The position numbers and the translations under genes are program-made. Of a stretch of DNA of 32,000 nucleotides, positions 1-9,886 are shown one piece after another. Source of the stretch: Trichodesmium erythraeum IMS101 (GTDB lineage: Bacteria; Cyanobacteriota; Cyanobacteriia; Cyanobacteriales; Microcoleaceae); assembly GCF_000014265.1 (NCBI RefSeq), contig NC_008312.1, positions 1,950,001 to 1,982,000 on the forward strand, read 5' to 3'. The notes under the pieces are model-generated. The model made no database searches and had not been told where the DNA came from. It saw only the letters and a list, made by a program, of their open reading frames with translations. Positions within the stretch are counted from its first letter, which is position 1. Each line of letters starts with the position of its first letter.

Positions 1-689
1 AATTTTACCTAAATTATCTATTAAAGCCATTAGTCTTTGGGTTGCATACCAGCTATCCATTAATACTGTTTTGACTGGTATTTTCTGATTTTCCACCATA
101 TCAACCAACCTCAACTTCTACATTATCTATTTTACTCTTTTCATCATTTTCTGGATTATAAATACGATAATCTATTATCCAGAATCGCTCTATTTTAGGA
201 TGAAAATATAAGCAATTAACTATTCCTATCCCACTCACTACCCCATGTTCATTTCCACTGTACTGACGGCGGACAAGTTCAATTTTTAGGGAATATTTTT
301 TATTAATAACTGTATCATCAGGCCTTTAAATAACCATCTTCAGAATTGACAATTTCTTTCCTGACATTTTGCCACAAAATTTCTGAACCTAAATCAACAC
401 TTTTCAAATAACGATTAATTTGATCGTGGCTAATTTTTTCCACCTTGGATCGGCAAGATTTGTTAGAGTATAATTTTTATGACTACTTATTAAATACTGA
501 AAATATTTGATATAATCAAAGTTCATATTAAAGGTATTACAAGTAATTTATATAATATTAATCAAGCATACCAAATAATTTGGGCTCAAGCAAATTTTTA
601 AGGTTTTTGTATTTTGCTGTTCAAGCGATCGCTAAATAGATAAATCTTTAAGGGTAAACACTATATATAGTGTCTTTGCGTAAGTCCTG
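1..689 (-). mobile_element. IS701/IS4-superfamily-like insertion sequence. This is a window-truncated, decayed copy (right-hand ~690 bp).
   Basis: nt ~130-300 align by eye with ~10830-10990 of the complete copy at 10087-11445 (for example 'ataaatacgataatctattatcca'). It ends in the same 31-nt terminal repeat, 'cactatatatagtgtctttgcgtaagtcctg' (659-689). No long ORF survives. Confidence 0.6.
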
Positions 690-1436
690 ATTTACTTTTT
701 CACAAAATTTGTCTATGCAAGCTATCACAACATCACTATTTATACTACAGCTAAAAGTGTAAGCCTCTAGCTCATTAGATTTACTAAGAAATCCTCAAAC
801 ATTTAGTCTTTTACTTTGTTGACTTTTGATTTCTATTTTTTGATTTGTTTCTTGCCAAGCATAAGGAATATAGGGAATTAAACAAAACCCACTTTCATCT
901 AAATACCTAATTTCTATTTCTCCTTTTTCCTCTTGCCTTTTCAATTGTTCTAGCTTCTCAACTTTCCTCTCGTAAAAACCGGGGATAGGTTCACCGCCTA
1001 CTCTTCTTTTTATTCTGTACCATCCCATTTTTCCTAATTTTATTACTCTTTTAATTGTTTTTTTACTGACTTTAATTTTCCATTGCTTTGGGATTTTTTC
1101 TGGGACTTTTTCAAGACTTTTAGGAGTTGCTTTTACCCAGTCCTTTATCTGTTGTTCTTGTACTGAATTAAAGGTCTTTTTTCTGCCACGACCAGGCTGG
1201 TTATATAGTCCTACCAAGTTTGATGATTCCCATGAATTCAACCAATTATAAATTGTGTTACGACTTACTTTAAATATTTTCATCAATTCCAATATCTTAT
1301 ATCCCTTCCAGCTTAGTTGAATACAATGTGCTCTCTGTCTTACTTGATAATATTTGCTCTGGAAGTGTAAATTCTGTCTAACATTTTCGACGTTTCTCTT
1401 GTTAACCCCTTAATATGTCTCATTCTCACTTTATGT
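690..1436 (-). pseudogene. IS630-family transposase remnant (HTH N-terminus and start of the DDE domain), cut off at its C-terminal side by the element at 1-689.
   Basis: ORF 795-1292 reads 'FKVSRNTIYNWL...GRGRKKTF...IRYLDESGF', which is the IS630 HTH/DDE_3 pattern. The reading frame continues as '...VIACIDKFCEKVN' up to nt 690 and stops exactly at the foreign terminal repeat. The terminal sequence 'gagaatgagacat' (reverse complement, ~1410-1432) resembles the ends at 2360-2393 and 31446-31475. Confidence 0.65.
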
Positions 1437-1639
1437 TTCCTGATTGTTTTCCAGGGAGATTAGCAAACTGGCTGCCACTTCGCCCTCTGGCTGGGGGTGC
1501 TGTGCCATCGGCTGAAAGCCAAGTACGAAGATAATGGCACTTGTGCGATCGCTAACTTTTTCCCTCTGGACATTATTATCTAATACTTTTGTTAAAAATA
1601 TACAATTAATTTTGTCTAATCACTTATAGATGGTCATCT

Positions 1640-2393
1640 CGCCCAAAATTGGAAGCAACTAAGGTAAAGCGTCGTCGAATAAAATTAGATTGGAAAGAAT
1701 TAGAAAAAGATGTAAAACCAAATCTAGAGTTTAAATTGGCATACAAAGCTAAAAAAAATTGGAGTTAATCAACCAGCTATATTTTATGCTTTTAAAAGAA
1801 TGAATTTTCCTTGAAAAAAAACAACTTCGTTATAGGGAAAGAAATAGAGAATAAAGAATAAAATATTATTAGAAACTACGAAATTTAATTCAAAAAATTG
1901 GAAATAAAAGCGTTGTATTTATTGATGTATCAGGATTTTAATACAATTGAGACTGTATTTATGCCTGGTCAAAAAAAGGGAAAAAATTTATGGTGAGCAA
2001 GAGGGAAAACGAGGTAAAAGAGAAAATTTAGTAGCAGGGAGAATAAAAAAGGAAAAAGATTTAAGAGCACAAATTATATTTAAAGGAAACCTAAATGCCG
2101 TAGTATTTGAATAATAGTTAGAGAACATTTATTACCATCATTAAAAATTCCCAGTGTACTGCTGCACGGATAATTCACCATTAATTACGAAAAAAGGTTA
2201 TTAGAGAATTAGTAGAAGCAGGGGGTAATCAATTACTATTTTTGCCAAAATACTCTCCTGATTTAAATGACTAAGAATATGATTTTAGTGAATTAAAAAG
2301 AGCTAGAATGTATTCACCTATCAATACATCTCTTGATTAAATTATGCGTAATTATTGTGCCAAATAGTGTCTCATTCTTATTTAAAATAACTA
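1640..2393 (+). pseudogene. IS630-family transposase remnant, 5'-truncated and riddled with stop codons.
   Basis: Translation fragments include 'IDVSGF*' (~1920) and 'LFLPKYSPDLND*EYDFSELKRARMYSP' (2235-2320). The right end, 'aatagtgtctcattcttatttaaaataacta', is the same as the end of the copy at 31446. Confidence 0.6.
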
Positions 2394-2421
2394 TATATAT
2401 AGCGCCTTTGCGTAAGTCCTG
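2394..2421. repeat. Solo right-end terminal repeat of the IS701-like element, with the IS630 copy inserted in its TA-rich core.
   Basis: 'tatatatagcgcctttgcgtaagtcctg' matches the repeats at 659-689 and 11415-11445. Confidence 0.6.
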
Positions 2422-2450
2422 ATGTTATTATTTGAGTACCCTCAAAAAAA

Positions 2451-2948
2451 GTGATGGCGAACTGTGACATCAGCAACAAAGCTAAAACAATTGTAATTGA
2501 ATAAATTTAAAGGGCTAAAGTGCTTCATGGAGCGACATGAAATGGGGAGAGGGTTGCACAACGGTGTATCGTGGAACAGAGTTATATTGCTATTGATCAC
2601 AGGAAAATAGTGTTTGTGGATGTGATATAAGATGTAAGCTTAGATGTATTGATGTTGCATTTTTATGCCCTGTAAAGACTTATATAGTATGATTTGAGTC
2701 GGAAACTCATGGGGTGACAAGCTAGTTGAAAGCTATATATAGAAATGAATTTGCGTTCAGGAACTGAGGAATACTTCAACTAAAAGAAAATCCTTATTGA
2801 GAATGAAAGGGGTGCAGTGCCAGGGCAGAGCGCTCCCACTGCACCCCCTAGATTGGTTGAATCATTATTCAATTTGTACTGGAGAATAATATTATGAAAA
2901 AACTCACTTTTATTAATTGATAGTTAATCAAAAATTACAGTCTAATTA
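2451..2948 (+). ncRNA. Candidate structured-RNA or group-II-intron-like fragment with no ORF. It may be interrupted by the IS4-like element, with a possible 3' partner at 4301-4313.
   Basis: 'gtatcgtggaacagag' (2566-2581) resembles a conserved domain-I motif recalled from Ll.LtrB ('GAUACGGGAACAGAG'). 'atggggtgacaag' (2709-2721) is perfectly complementary to 4301-4313 and recurs at 29651-29661. There is an 11-bp G+C-rich hairpin at 2809-2847. Confidence 0.25.
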
Positions 2949-2949
2949 A

Positions 2950-4095
2950 CCACTGTATTCATCGCTTTTATTCCCCTATGATAATAGAGAAATTTATGAG
3001 GCTTAAGCCTCATTAAATATTCTACTAATTCCCAGAAAAAATTATCATTTATTGCCCAATAAATCCTAGATAATCCCACAAAAAAACTACTATTTCTTCT
3101 TTCTTTTATACCTCTTTTATTAGTTCTTGATATATATTCTTGAAGCCCTTTATTTTTAATTTTTTTTCCTTAAAATGAACTAATTGCATAAGAAATAGCT
3201 ATTAATAAAATTAGATTGTTCAGTCTGTTTTCATTGGCCTTAGCTGCTTCTAGGTTATAAGCACCGCTTTTATAATCCTTAAACATTGCTTCTATTCCCA
3301 TTCTCTGGCTATATATTTTTTTAACTTTTCCAGTATATGATAAATTGGTGAGAATATACCATTTCTCTACAACAGATTTTTGACGTAATTAATATTTTTA
3401 TATACTAGTAAATTATATGTACCTACCTTCAAAATCTTGGTAATTTTTTGATTCAATAACAGTTTAGTTTCACCGATATTTATTTTTAATTCTGAGATTT
3501 TACAATATTTTCTGCCTCGTTTTATCATGGTTAATTTTTGTTGTCTCAAAACAAAATATACATCTTGTTTTTGATATTTTTTCAACCAATGAGATAGAAA
3601 AACACTGTGGAATTATCTATCTGCTGTCAGAATTACTTTCTGGCCTTTTAATAACCTGAGCACTGGACGGATTACTGCTTTTTGTTCAGTTAAATTACTA
3701 GCTCCTTTATGAGTTAAAATCTTCCAATATATAGGCAAAGCCCTCTTTTCCAAACCTAAACTAATCATTAATATATTAGTATTTTGCCACTGAGTCCTAT
3801 CTAAAATTAATACTAATTCTGAACTAAAGCTGAATAAATTTTCTCTTATTATTTGAACTAAAGGAAACCAAAATAAAGGTAAGCTAAATTCTTTTAAAGC
3901 TAAAAATATTTCCCATAAGTTTTCGTTTACTTTCTAATTTTATTGGTAGGGGAAAATAATTACTTAATTTTGATATTTGTACAGTTTTATGTACAGATAC
4001 TAAGTATAATAATATTTGCAATGTTACTACTTGAGATGAACTCAACTTTTGCTTAATATGATTTTGATAAAAGCCTAATATATTCACTTTTATTG
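2950..4095 (-). pseudogene. IS4-family (IS4Sa-like) transposase or IS, decayed.
   Basis: Minus-strand ORF fragments are 3884-4087 ('...VVTLQILLYLV...LSNYFPLPIKLESKRK...') and 3367-3585. The terminal sequence 'catcgcttttattcccctatgataatagag' (2959-2990) recurs at 30153-30184. Confidence 0.5.
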
Positions 4096-4723
4096 ATTTT
4101 TATTTGTAATTACTAACCCCTTTTTATCATATTTTTAACTATTTCCAAAACTTTTTAAATGAATAAATAATCAACTCAGATGGTGGATAAAAGTGAAGCT
4201 CGCGATCGCCACCTCCCAAATTCAAAACCCCATTCTTTTTAAATTTAATTATTATTCAACTTATTGTCTTAAATTATTACTATATCTACAATTAAGCTTA
4301 CTTGTCACCCCATAAACATTTGAGTCGGAAAACTTGATGCATCAAAGACGATCGCATAGTGTGTCTTCGGAGCTCAGTATTGGTCATTTGTCAAAAAAAT
4401 TAGATGCGTTTTCCCCGCTTCTTTTCCGAAATCTTTCCTCAACAATTTTTAAAATCCAAATTCTTTGAGATGAGTAATTAATCCTGCTTCAGAAATAGCC
4501 AGAGTATTTGCCTGACAATAGTTGTGTGGTTCATTTGAAACAGTTCTATTTTATTCAATTCCCAATAGAAAACCCAATTTCTGGTTTTTGAGAAATTTCA
4601 AGTTTTCTACTCCTGAACACCAAGTATCTCCTGTTACAATTCTAGGTTTGACTCCCCAGCTTATTATTTCACTTAGTATTTCTCTGAGATAATGGTTTTT
4701 AGTTTTTCCTTCCCTGTTATCAT

Positions 4724-4977
4724 CAGGACTTACGCAGATACGCTATATATAGCGTACTGTCAAAATGAAATTGTCAATACTATAATTAGCTCTTTTAGGA
4801 TAAATATTACTTTTAATATCTATTAAAATAAGGTTATAAAATATTAATTTTATTTGCTAAAATTGTTTGATTATTAGATAAAAAGTACAGGATTATTTTA
4901 GTTAAAAATATGAATTTTAATTTTGTTATAAATCGTCAATATTTACTTAAATAGCACACATATTTTACAATAACGCT
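4724..4977 (+). mobile_element. 5' fragment of the IS701-like element: left terminal repeat, leader and the first ~23 codons of the transposase.
   Basis: The terminal repeat 'caggacttacgcagatacgctatatatagcg' lies at 4724-4754. The ORF start at 4910, 'MNFNFVINRQYLLK*HTYFTIT', parallels 'MNFNYIDYFQYLL..' of the copy at 10087-11445 and 'MDFHYVKCCQYLLKSNTYYTIT' at 31159. Homology to the 30956 copy ends at 4977. Confidence 0.55.
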
Positions 4978-4985
4978 TGATTTAA

Positions 4986-5947
4986 ATGATTTACTGTCTA
5001 AAAACCAATCAAGTATTGACTCGCGCAGAACTAGCCAAGGTACTAGGTCGCCATGAGTCAACGATTACACGCTGGCTCACACTTTATCGAGCTGGAGGAC
5101 TAAAAAAGCTGTTAGAAGTCAAAAATGTACCCGGAAAAACTTCAAAAATTTCTCCCGAAATTTTAGCAGGTTTACAAGCCAAATTATCAGAAACAATTGG
5201 GTTCAATAGTTTAGGAGAAATTCCAAAGTGGTTAATAGAAAAATATCAAGTTCAACTAGCCGATAAAACCGTTCATAAAATCTTTTGATATAAATTAAAA
5301 GCTCAACCGAAAACACCTCGTTCTTATAGTATTAAAAAGGATGTTTTAGCTGAAGAAAATTAAAAAAAAACTGAAATTAGGATTGAAGGTATTATTATAT
5401 GAACTATTCGGGAAAGGTGAAAAAATTCGCTACTTTTCCCAAAATGAAACCCGTTTAGGATTAAAAACAATTCCTGGTAAAAGGATAACTGTAAAGGGAG
5501 TAAAGCCATTAGGATCCACTCAGTGGAAACGAAAAAATTTCTATCTTTATGGGGCAATAGAGATAAAAACTCAAGATTGCTATTTTTATGAATTTTCTCA
5601 CCTAGATGGTCAATGTTTTCAGGAATTTATCAACCAATTATCTGAGGAATTTAATGGCAGTATCAATTTTCTTCAGCTCGACAATGGGACTTTTCATAAA
5701 AACGTAGATTTCAAGGAATTCATAATACCAATATTCCAACTTTCCCATAGTCTTGAACTTAACCCTATTGAACGTTTTTGGTAACAATTAAAGGGGAAGT
5801 TACAATTTGGGTTAATTGCCAAATTATTCAACAATTACAGCAAAAAGTTTCGGAGATTCTCCTGAAAATTGACGAGTTAACTTTGGCATCTTTGACTAAA
5901 TGGAATTATCTAATAGAAGCAATATTAAGCGTAACTTCTTCATAGAG
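4986..5947 (+). pseudogene. IS630-family transposase, frameshifted and carrying stop codons.
   Basis: ORF 4986-5288 is an HTH ('LTRAELAKVLGRHESTITRWLTLYRAGGLKKL'). ORF 5383-5784 is a DDE domain ('LQLDNGTFHK...LELNPIERFW'). The out-of-frame C-terminal tail runs to ~5947. The ~30-nt terminus 'attaagcg..cttcatagagaattggtat' is tandemly duplicated (5925-5957 and 6006-6035). Confidence 0.7.
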
Positions 5948-6059
5948 AATTGGTATTAGCGATCGCTCTATAATTTTCTTCACTATTATATATTATTAAC
6001 TTATATTAAGCGCAGCTTCATAGAGAATTGGTATAAGATTACTAATTATTCACTATTAA

Positions 6060-6200
6060 GCTGATAAGGAAGACTTCCTCCTTGAGGTAAAGGTTTAATA
6101 TCCCCAGTTTCTTGATATTTTTTGGTTAAGGTTTGAAGAAAATTTTGGCTAACTCCAAACCTAGGAAAGAGCTTGCTTATAGACATTTTTTCCGCAGCAA
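6060..6200 (-). pseudogene. Short IS630-family N-terminal HTH remnant.
   Basis: The minus-strand translation 'MSISKLFPRFGVSQNFLQTLTKKYQETGDIKPLPQGGS' fits the IS630 N-terminal pattern. Confidence 0.4.
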
Positions 6201-6422
6201 CAAATTGCTACAATTTTTTTTCTAAAGTCTATAGAATAAGGTTTTATCAGTTTTGCGATCTCTATAAAAATTATCCGTCCTAATTTACCTTATGGCTATG
6301 GGAAATGCTATAGTCTAGATGATAACTGAGTTGAATTGGTTTGGCGCTCAGTCAAATAGTATATTGCTAATGGTCTTTTCAAATCAACTGAAAAGTAAGA
6401 GTAGTTGTTACATAAACTTTTA

Positions 6423-7575
6423 AATAGACATCTCCGAAAAATAAATAAATTGTGATAGAGTAATAAAAAATAGAAATTTTTGTAGGCAAATTATGACTAA
6501 TATACTTGAGTATATTCAGACATCTTCCACAAGAATCAGAAATTTTATTAGGTATCAAGTATGAACGGGTAGAAAAGTTATTAAAACAAGCAAAAAAACT
6601 TTGTATCGAAGAAGCGAGAAATAGCCACAGCTAAAAAAGTTAGAATAATCGCTTCTGGTGGTGGTAGATCACCTAAATTATCGTTCTTGTGAACAAATCA
6701 TTTTAACCTTAACTTATTTAAGACATTTGACAACTTTTCAACTATTAGGAATTCAATTTGGAGTCAGTGAAACTACTGCCAATGATATCTTTAATTATTG
6801 GTTTCCAATAATTGGGGAGTTGTTACCATCAAGTCTCCTAGAACAGGTAAAAAAAACTCAAGTGACAAAGAAATTATTAAGGAAATTTTAACAGAGTGTG
6901 AGTTAATCATAGATAGCTATGAAAAGGGTATAGAAAGGCTAGAAAAATCTGAACAACAAAAAGAATATTACTCAGGAAACAAAAAAAGTCATACAAGAAA
7001 AAGTTAGGTGATTGTGTTACCCAATGGTAAAGATATTGTTGATATCGAAGCTGGAAAACTAGGCCAAATAAGTGAGATAAATTTTTTTCGTGAAACCCAA
7101 GAAAAATTCCATCAAGAACAAAAATTTACCAGGGACAAAGCTTATGTGGGAGAACCAGCAATAAAAACGCCTAAAAAAAAGCCCCATATTCAAGAATTAA
7201 CCAGTAAGGAAAAGTCTCAAAATAAAGAGCTGGCATCTGAAAGAATTTTTGTAGAACATATAATTAGATTACTCAAAATATTTCGAGTAGCCCAGGAAAG
7301 ATTCAGGCTAAATTCTGATAAATATACGCAAATAATAATGACTATTTGTGGACTTGTAATACTGGGAAGAGGGACGGTTATTTTGCCTTAATAAATTTGC
7401 CAATAATTTCTGAAAAAATTCTTGGTTGAAAATACTATAATTAGGGCTATATATTAATACTAACTATCTCTAATACCTATGAGACTGTAAAAATCAACTA
7501 TCTTCTTGAAATAGCGATCGCTCCAATTAAGATAGTTATAGTATTGATTTGACTATTTTCGGAGAAGTCTAATGA
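6423..7575 (+). mobile_element. IS5-superfamily (HTH_Tnp_4 + DDE_Tnp_4 / Harbinger-like) insertion sequence, copy A, inactive.
   Basis: The inverted termini are 'aatagacatctccgaaaa' (6423-) and 'ttttcggagaagtctaatga' (-7575). ORFs 6658-6891, 6798-7007 and 7008-7391 carry 'LTLTYLRHLTTFQLLGIQFGVSETTANDIF', 'YYSGNKKSHTRK', 'DKAYVG' and 'ERIFVEHIIRLLKIFRVAQERFR'. Lesions are a frameshift near 6680, an A8 run at 6849-6856 and an in-frame TAG at 7005-7007. Confidence 0.8.
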
Positions 7576-8158
7576 AGGAGAACTTTTTATTCAATGGAAT
7601 CGTCAACTTAAAAATAAAGGTAAGTAGGTAGGCATGAAAAAACTTAGCTATATTAAGATTTGTATACTAACTCTAAGATTCTCCATACAGTTGATTTGAG
7701 GTGAATTTATATTTTGTTACATAGCGACAAATTTCAACACCGACCTACTTAATTCTGTTAAGGTGATTTAAATGTTTAGCAGCTTATAGAATTATAGAAA
7801 TATATTTAAAAATTTTTAATAATAAAAAATGAAATTAATTATATGCCAGATAAATCATCAATTATTTTCCCCTACTCCCTACTCCCTCTTTAAGGGTATT
7901 GTATTCTTCAATCTGATTGCAGTGATCGCTTTCAGTAGAAAAAGTTTTGTAGCTACCTCTATGAGTAGGACTTAGAGAAATTTGTAGCACAAAGATAGCC
8001 TCAACCTTTTTTGTGAGAGACAAATGCCTATAATATGTAATGTCAACAAACTCAAAAAACATGAAGACATAGCTTGATGAAAAGCATCCATTGCTTCAGC
8101 AAAGGTATTCAAAGGTAGAGTAAATTAATCAAAGCTCCTAAAGTATAGGAAAGTTGAA

Positions 8159-9787
8159 ATGTTTGACCAAACTAAGACACCAATAGTTGAAACTCTTCAA
8201 AATCTCACCCAAAAATTTCATGCCCCTTTCTATGCACCAGGGCATAAACATGGAAAAAGCATTCCACAATCCCTGAGTGAATTATTAGGAAAAAAAGTCT
8301 TTCCAGCAGATTTACCAGAATTACCAGAACTAGATAACTTATTCGCTCCAGACGGTGTAATTCAAGAAGCTCAAGAATTAGCAGCAGAAACCTTCGGCGC
8401 ATTACACACCAGATTTATAGTCAACGGTTCTACTTCAGGAATTATTGCCGGAATTCTAGCTACTTGTGGAAATGGAGATAAAATAATTTTACCTCGGAAT
8501 ATTCATCAATCTGTAATCTCTGGCTTAATTCTATCTGGAGCAATTCCGATTTTTATCGATCCAGAATATGATTTAAATTGGGATATTCCTCTCAGCATTA
8601 CTCCCGAATCTATTACCCAAACATTAGCAAAACACCCTGATACTAAAGCAGTTATGATAGTTTATCCTACTTATCATGGTGTTTGTGGAAATATTAGAGC
8701 GATCGCCCAACAAGTCCACAAATATAATATTCCTCTATTAGTAGATGAAGCTCACGGAGCTCACTTTGCTTTTCATTCAGAATTGCCAATACCAGCATTA
8801 TTAAGTGGAGCAGATTTAAGTGTACAGTCAACTCATAAAACTCTAGGAGCTATGACTCAAGCATCAATGCTTCATGTTGGTAGTAATCGTATTGATCTTG
8901 ATCGACTTGAGCAAGCATTACAGATATTACAGTCTAGTAGTCCCAGTTATCTACTTCTAGCTTCTCTTGATGCTGCCAGACAACAAATGGCTTTATTTGG
9001 TGAGGAACTAATGAGCCAAACCCTGGAATTAGCTAAAAATGCTAGAAACAGAATTAGTCAACTCTCGAATTATTCAGTATTCAATCTAAAAAGAAGGGAA
9101 AAGAAGACAGAAGAAAGAAATTTTACTTGCTTATCAAAAGATTCAGATTTATTAAAGAATAGGGTTAAAGAAGATATTGGGGACTCAGGAGCAATATTCT
9201 CAAATCCTAATACTCAACTTCCAACTCCCAACTACCCTCCCAATTTTCTAATTAAGAATTATTTCAACCCAGGATTTATTGCTCTTGATCTTACAAGATT
9301 AACTATTAAAGTTTCTCAGATTGGATTCAGTGGTTATCAGGCTGATGAAATTTTACATCAGGAATTAGGAGTTACTTGTGAGTTACCCAGTTTTCTAAAT
9401 CTGACATTTATTATTTCTCCAGGAAATACAAAGGCAGATATTAATCAATTAGTAACTGGTTTGATTAGTTTAAGGCATCGGGGTAGGATTAATTTACCTA
9501 CTAACGATGGAACAAAATTTGACCTTAAAGTGAATGATTTTTCAATACCTATTTCTCCTAGAGATGCTTTTTTTGCTCAGAAGAATTGTTTACCCATTAA
9601 AAAATCTGTAGGATATATCAGTGCCGAATTAATTTGTCCCTATCCACCAGGTATTCCAGTATTAATACCTGGTGAAATTATTACAGAAAAGCATATTCAG
9701 ATACTTGAACAAGTCCAGGCTAATGGTGGCATAATAGTAGGATGTAGTGACCCTATTCTTAAAACTATCAAAGTCTCTAGATTTTAG
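8159..9787 (+). CDS. PLP-dependent Orn/Lys/Arg decarboxylase family protein (a biodegradative-type arginine or lysine decarboxylase homologue).
   Basis: An intact 542-aa ORF. 'FYAPGHKHG', 'VDEAHGAHF' and 'STHKTLGAMTQASMLH' (the PLP-lysine motif) are characteristic of the Orn/Lys/Arg decarboxylase major domain. A C-terminal domain is present. Confidence 0.85.
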   Translation: MFDQTKTPIVETLQNLTQKFHAPFYAPGHKHGKSIPQSLSELLGKKVFPADLPELPELDNLFAPDGVIQEAQELAAETFGALHTRFIVNGSTSGIIAGILATCGNGDKIILPRNIHQSVISGLILSGAIPIFIDPEYDLNWDIPLSITPESITQTLAKHPDTKAVMIVYPTYHGVCGNIRAIAQQVHKYNIPLLVDEAHGAHFAFHSELPIPALLSGADLSVQSTHKTLGAMTQASMLHVGSNRIDLDRLEQALQILQSSSPSYLLLASLDAARQQMALFGEELMSQTLELAKNARNRISQLSNYSVFNLKRREKKTEERNFTCLSKDSDLLKNRVKEDIGDSGAIFSNPNTQLPTPNYPPNFLIKNYFNPGFIALDLTRLTIKVSQIGFSGYQADEILHQELGVTCELPSFLNLTFIISPGNTKADINQLVTGLISLRHRGRINLPTNDGTKFDLKVNDFSIPISPRDAFFAQKNCLPIKKSVGYISAELICPYPPGIPVLIPGEIITEKHIQILEQVQANGGIIVGCSDPILKTIKVSRF

Positions 9788-9886
9788 TTTTGACCAGCGC
9801 TTGTCATCAAATAGAGGGATTGACATTAAAGGAATAGTATGGGTCTAGATAATAGCTATAGCAATAACAGAAAAGGACTGCTCTAA

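Noticed and set aside
7862-8062. 66-aa minus-strand ORF in the spacer upstream of the decarboxylase.
   Set aside because: It has no recognisable motif. It runs through a heptamer-repeat tract ('ccctactccctactccctc') and has no obvious ribosome-binding context. It is most likely non-coding promoter or spacer DNA.
8205-8402. Minus-strand 65-aa ORF inside the decarboxylase gene. The same applies to 22059-22343 in cdsA, 25596-25781 in rodZ, 27356-27547 and 28492-28680 in malQ, and 13845-14201 in the IS630 transposase.
   Set aside because: These are shadow ORFs embedded in, or antisense to, well-supported genes. They are low-complexity or hydrophobic artefacts of codon bias and have no independent support.
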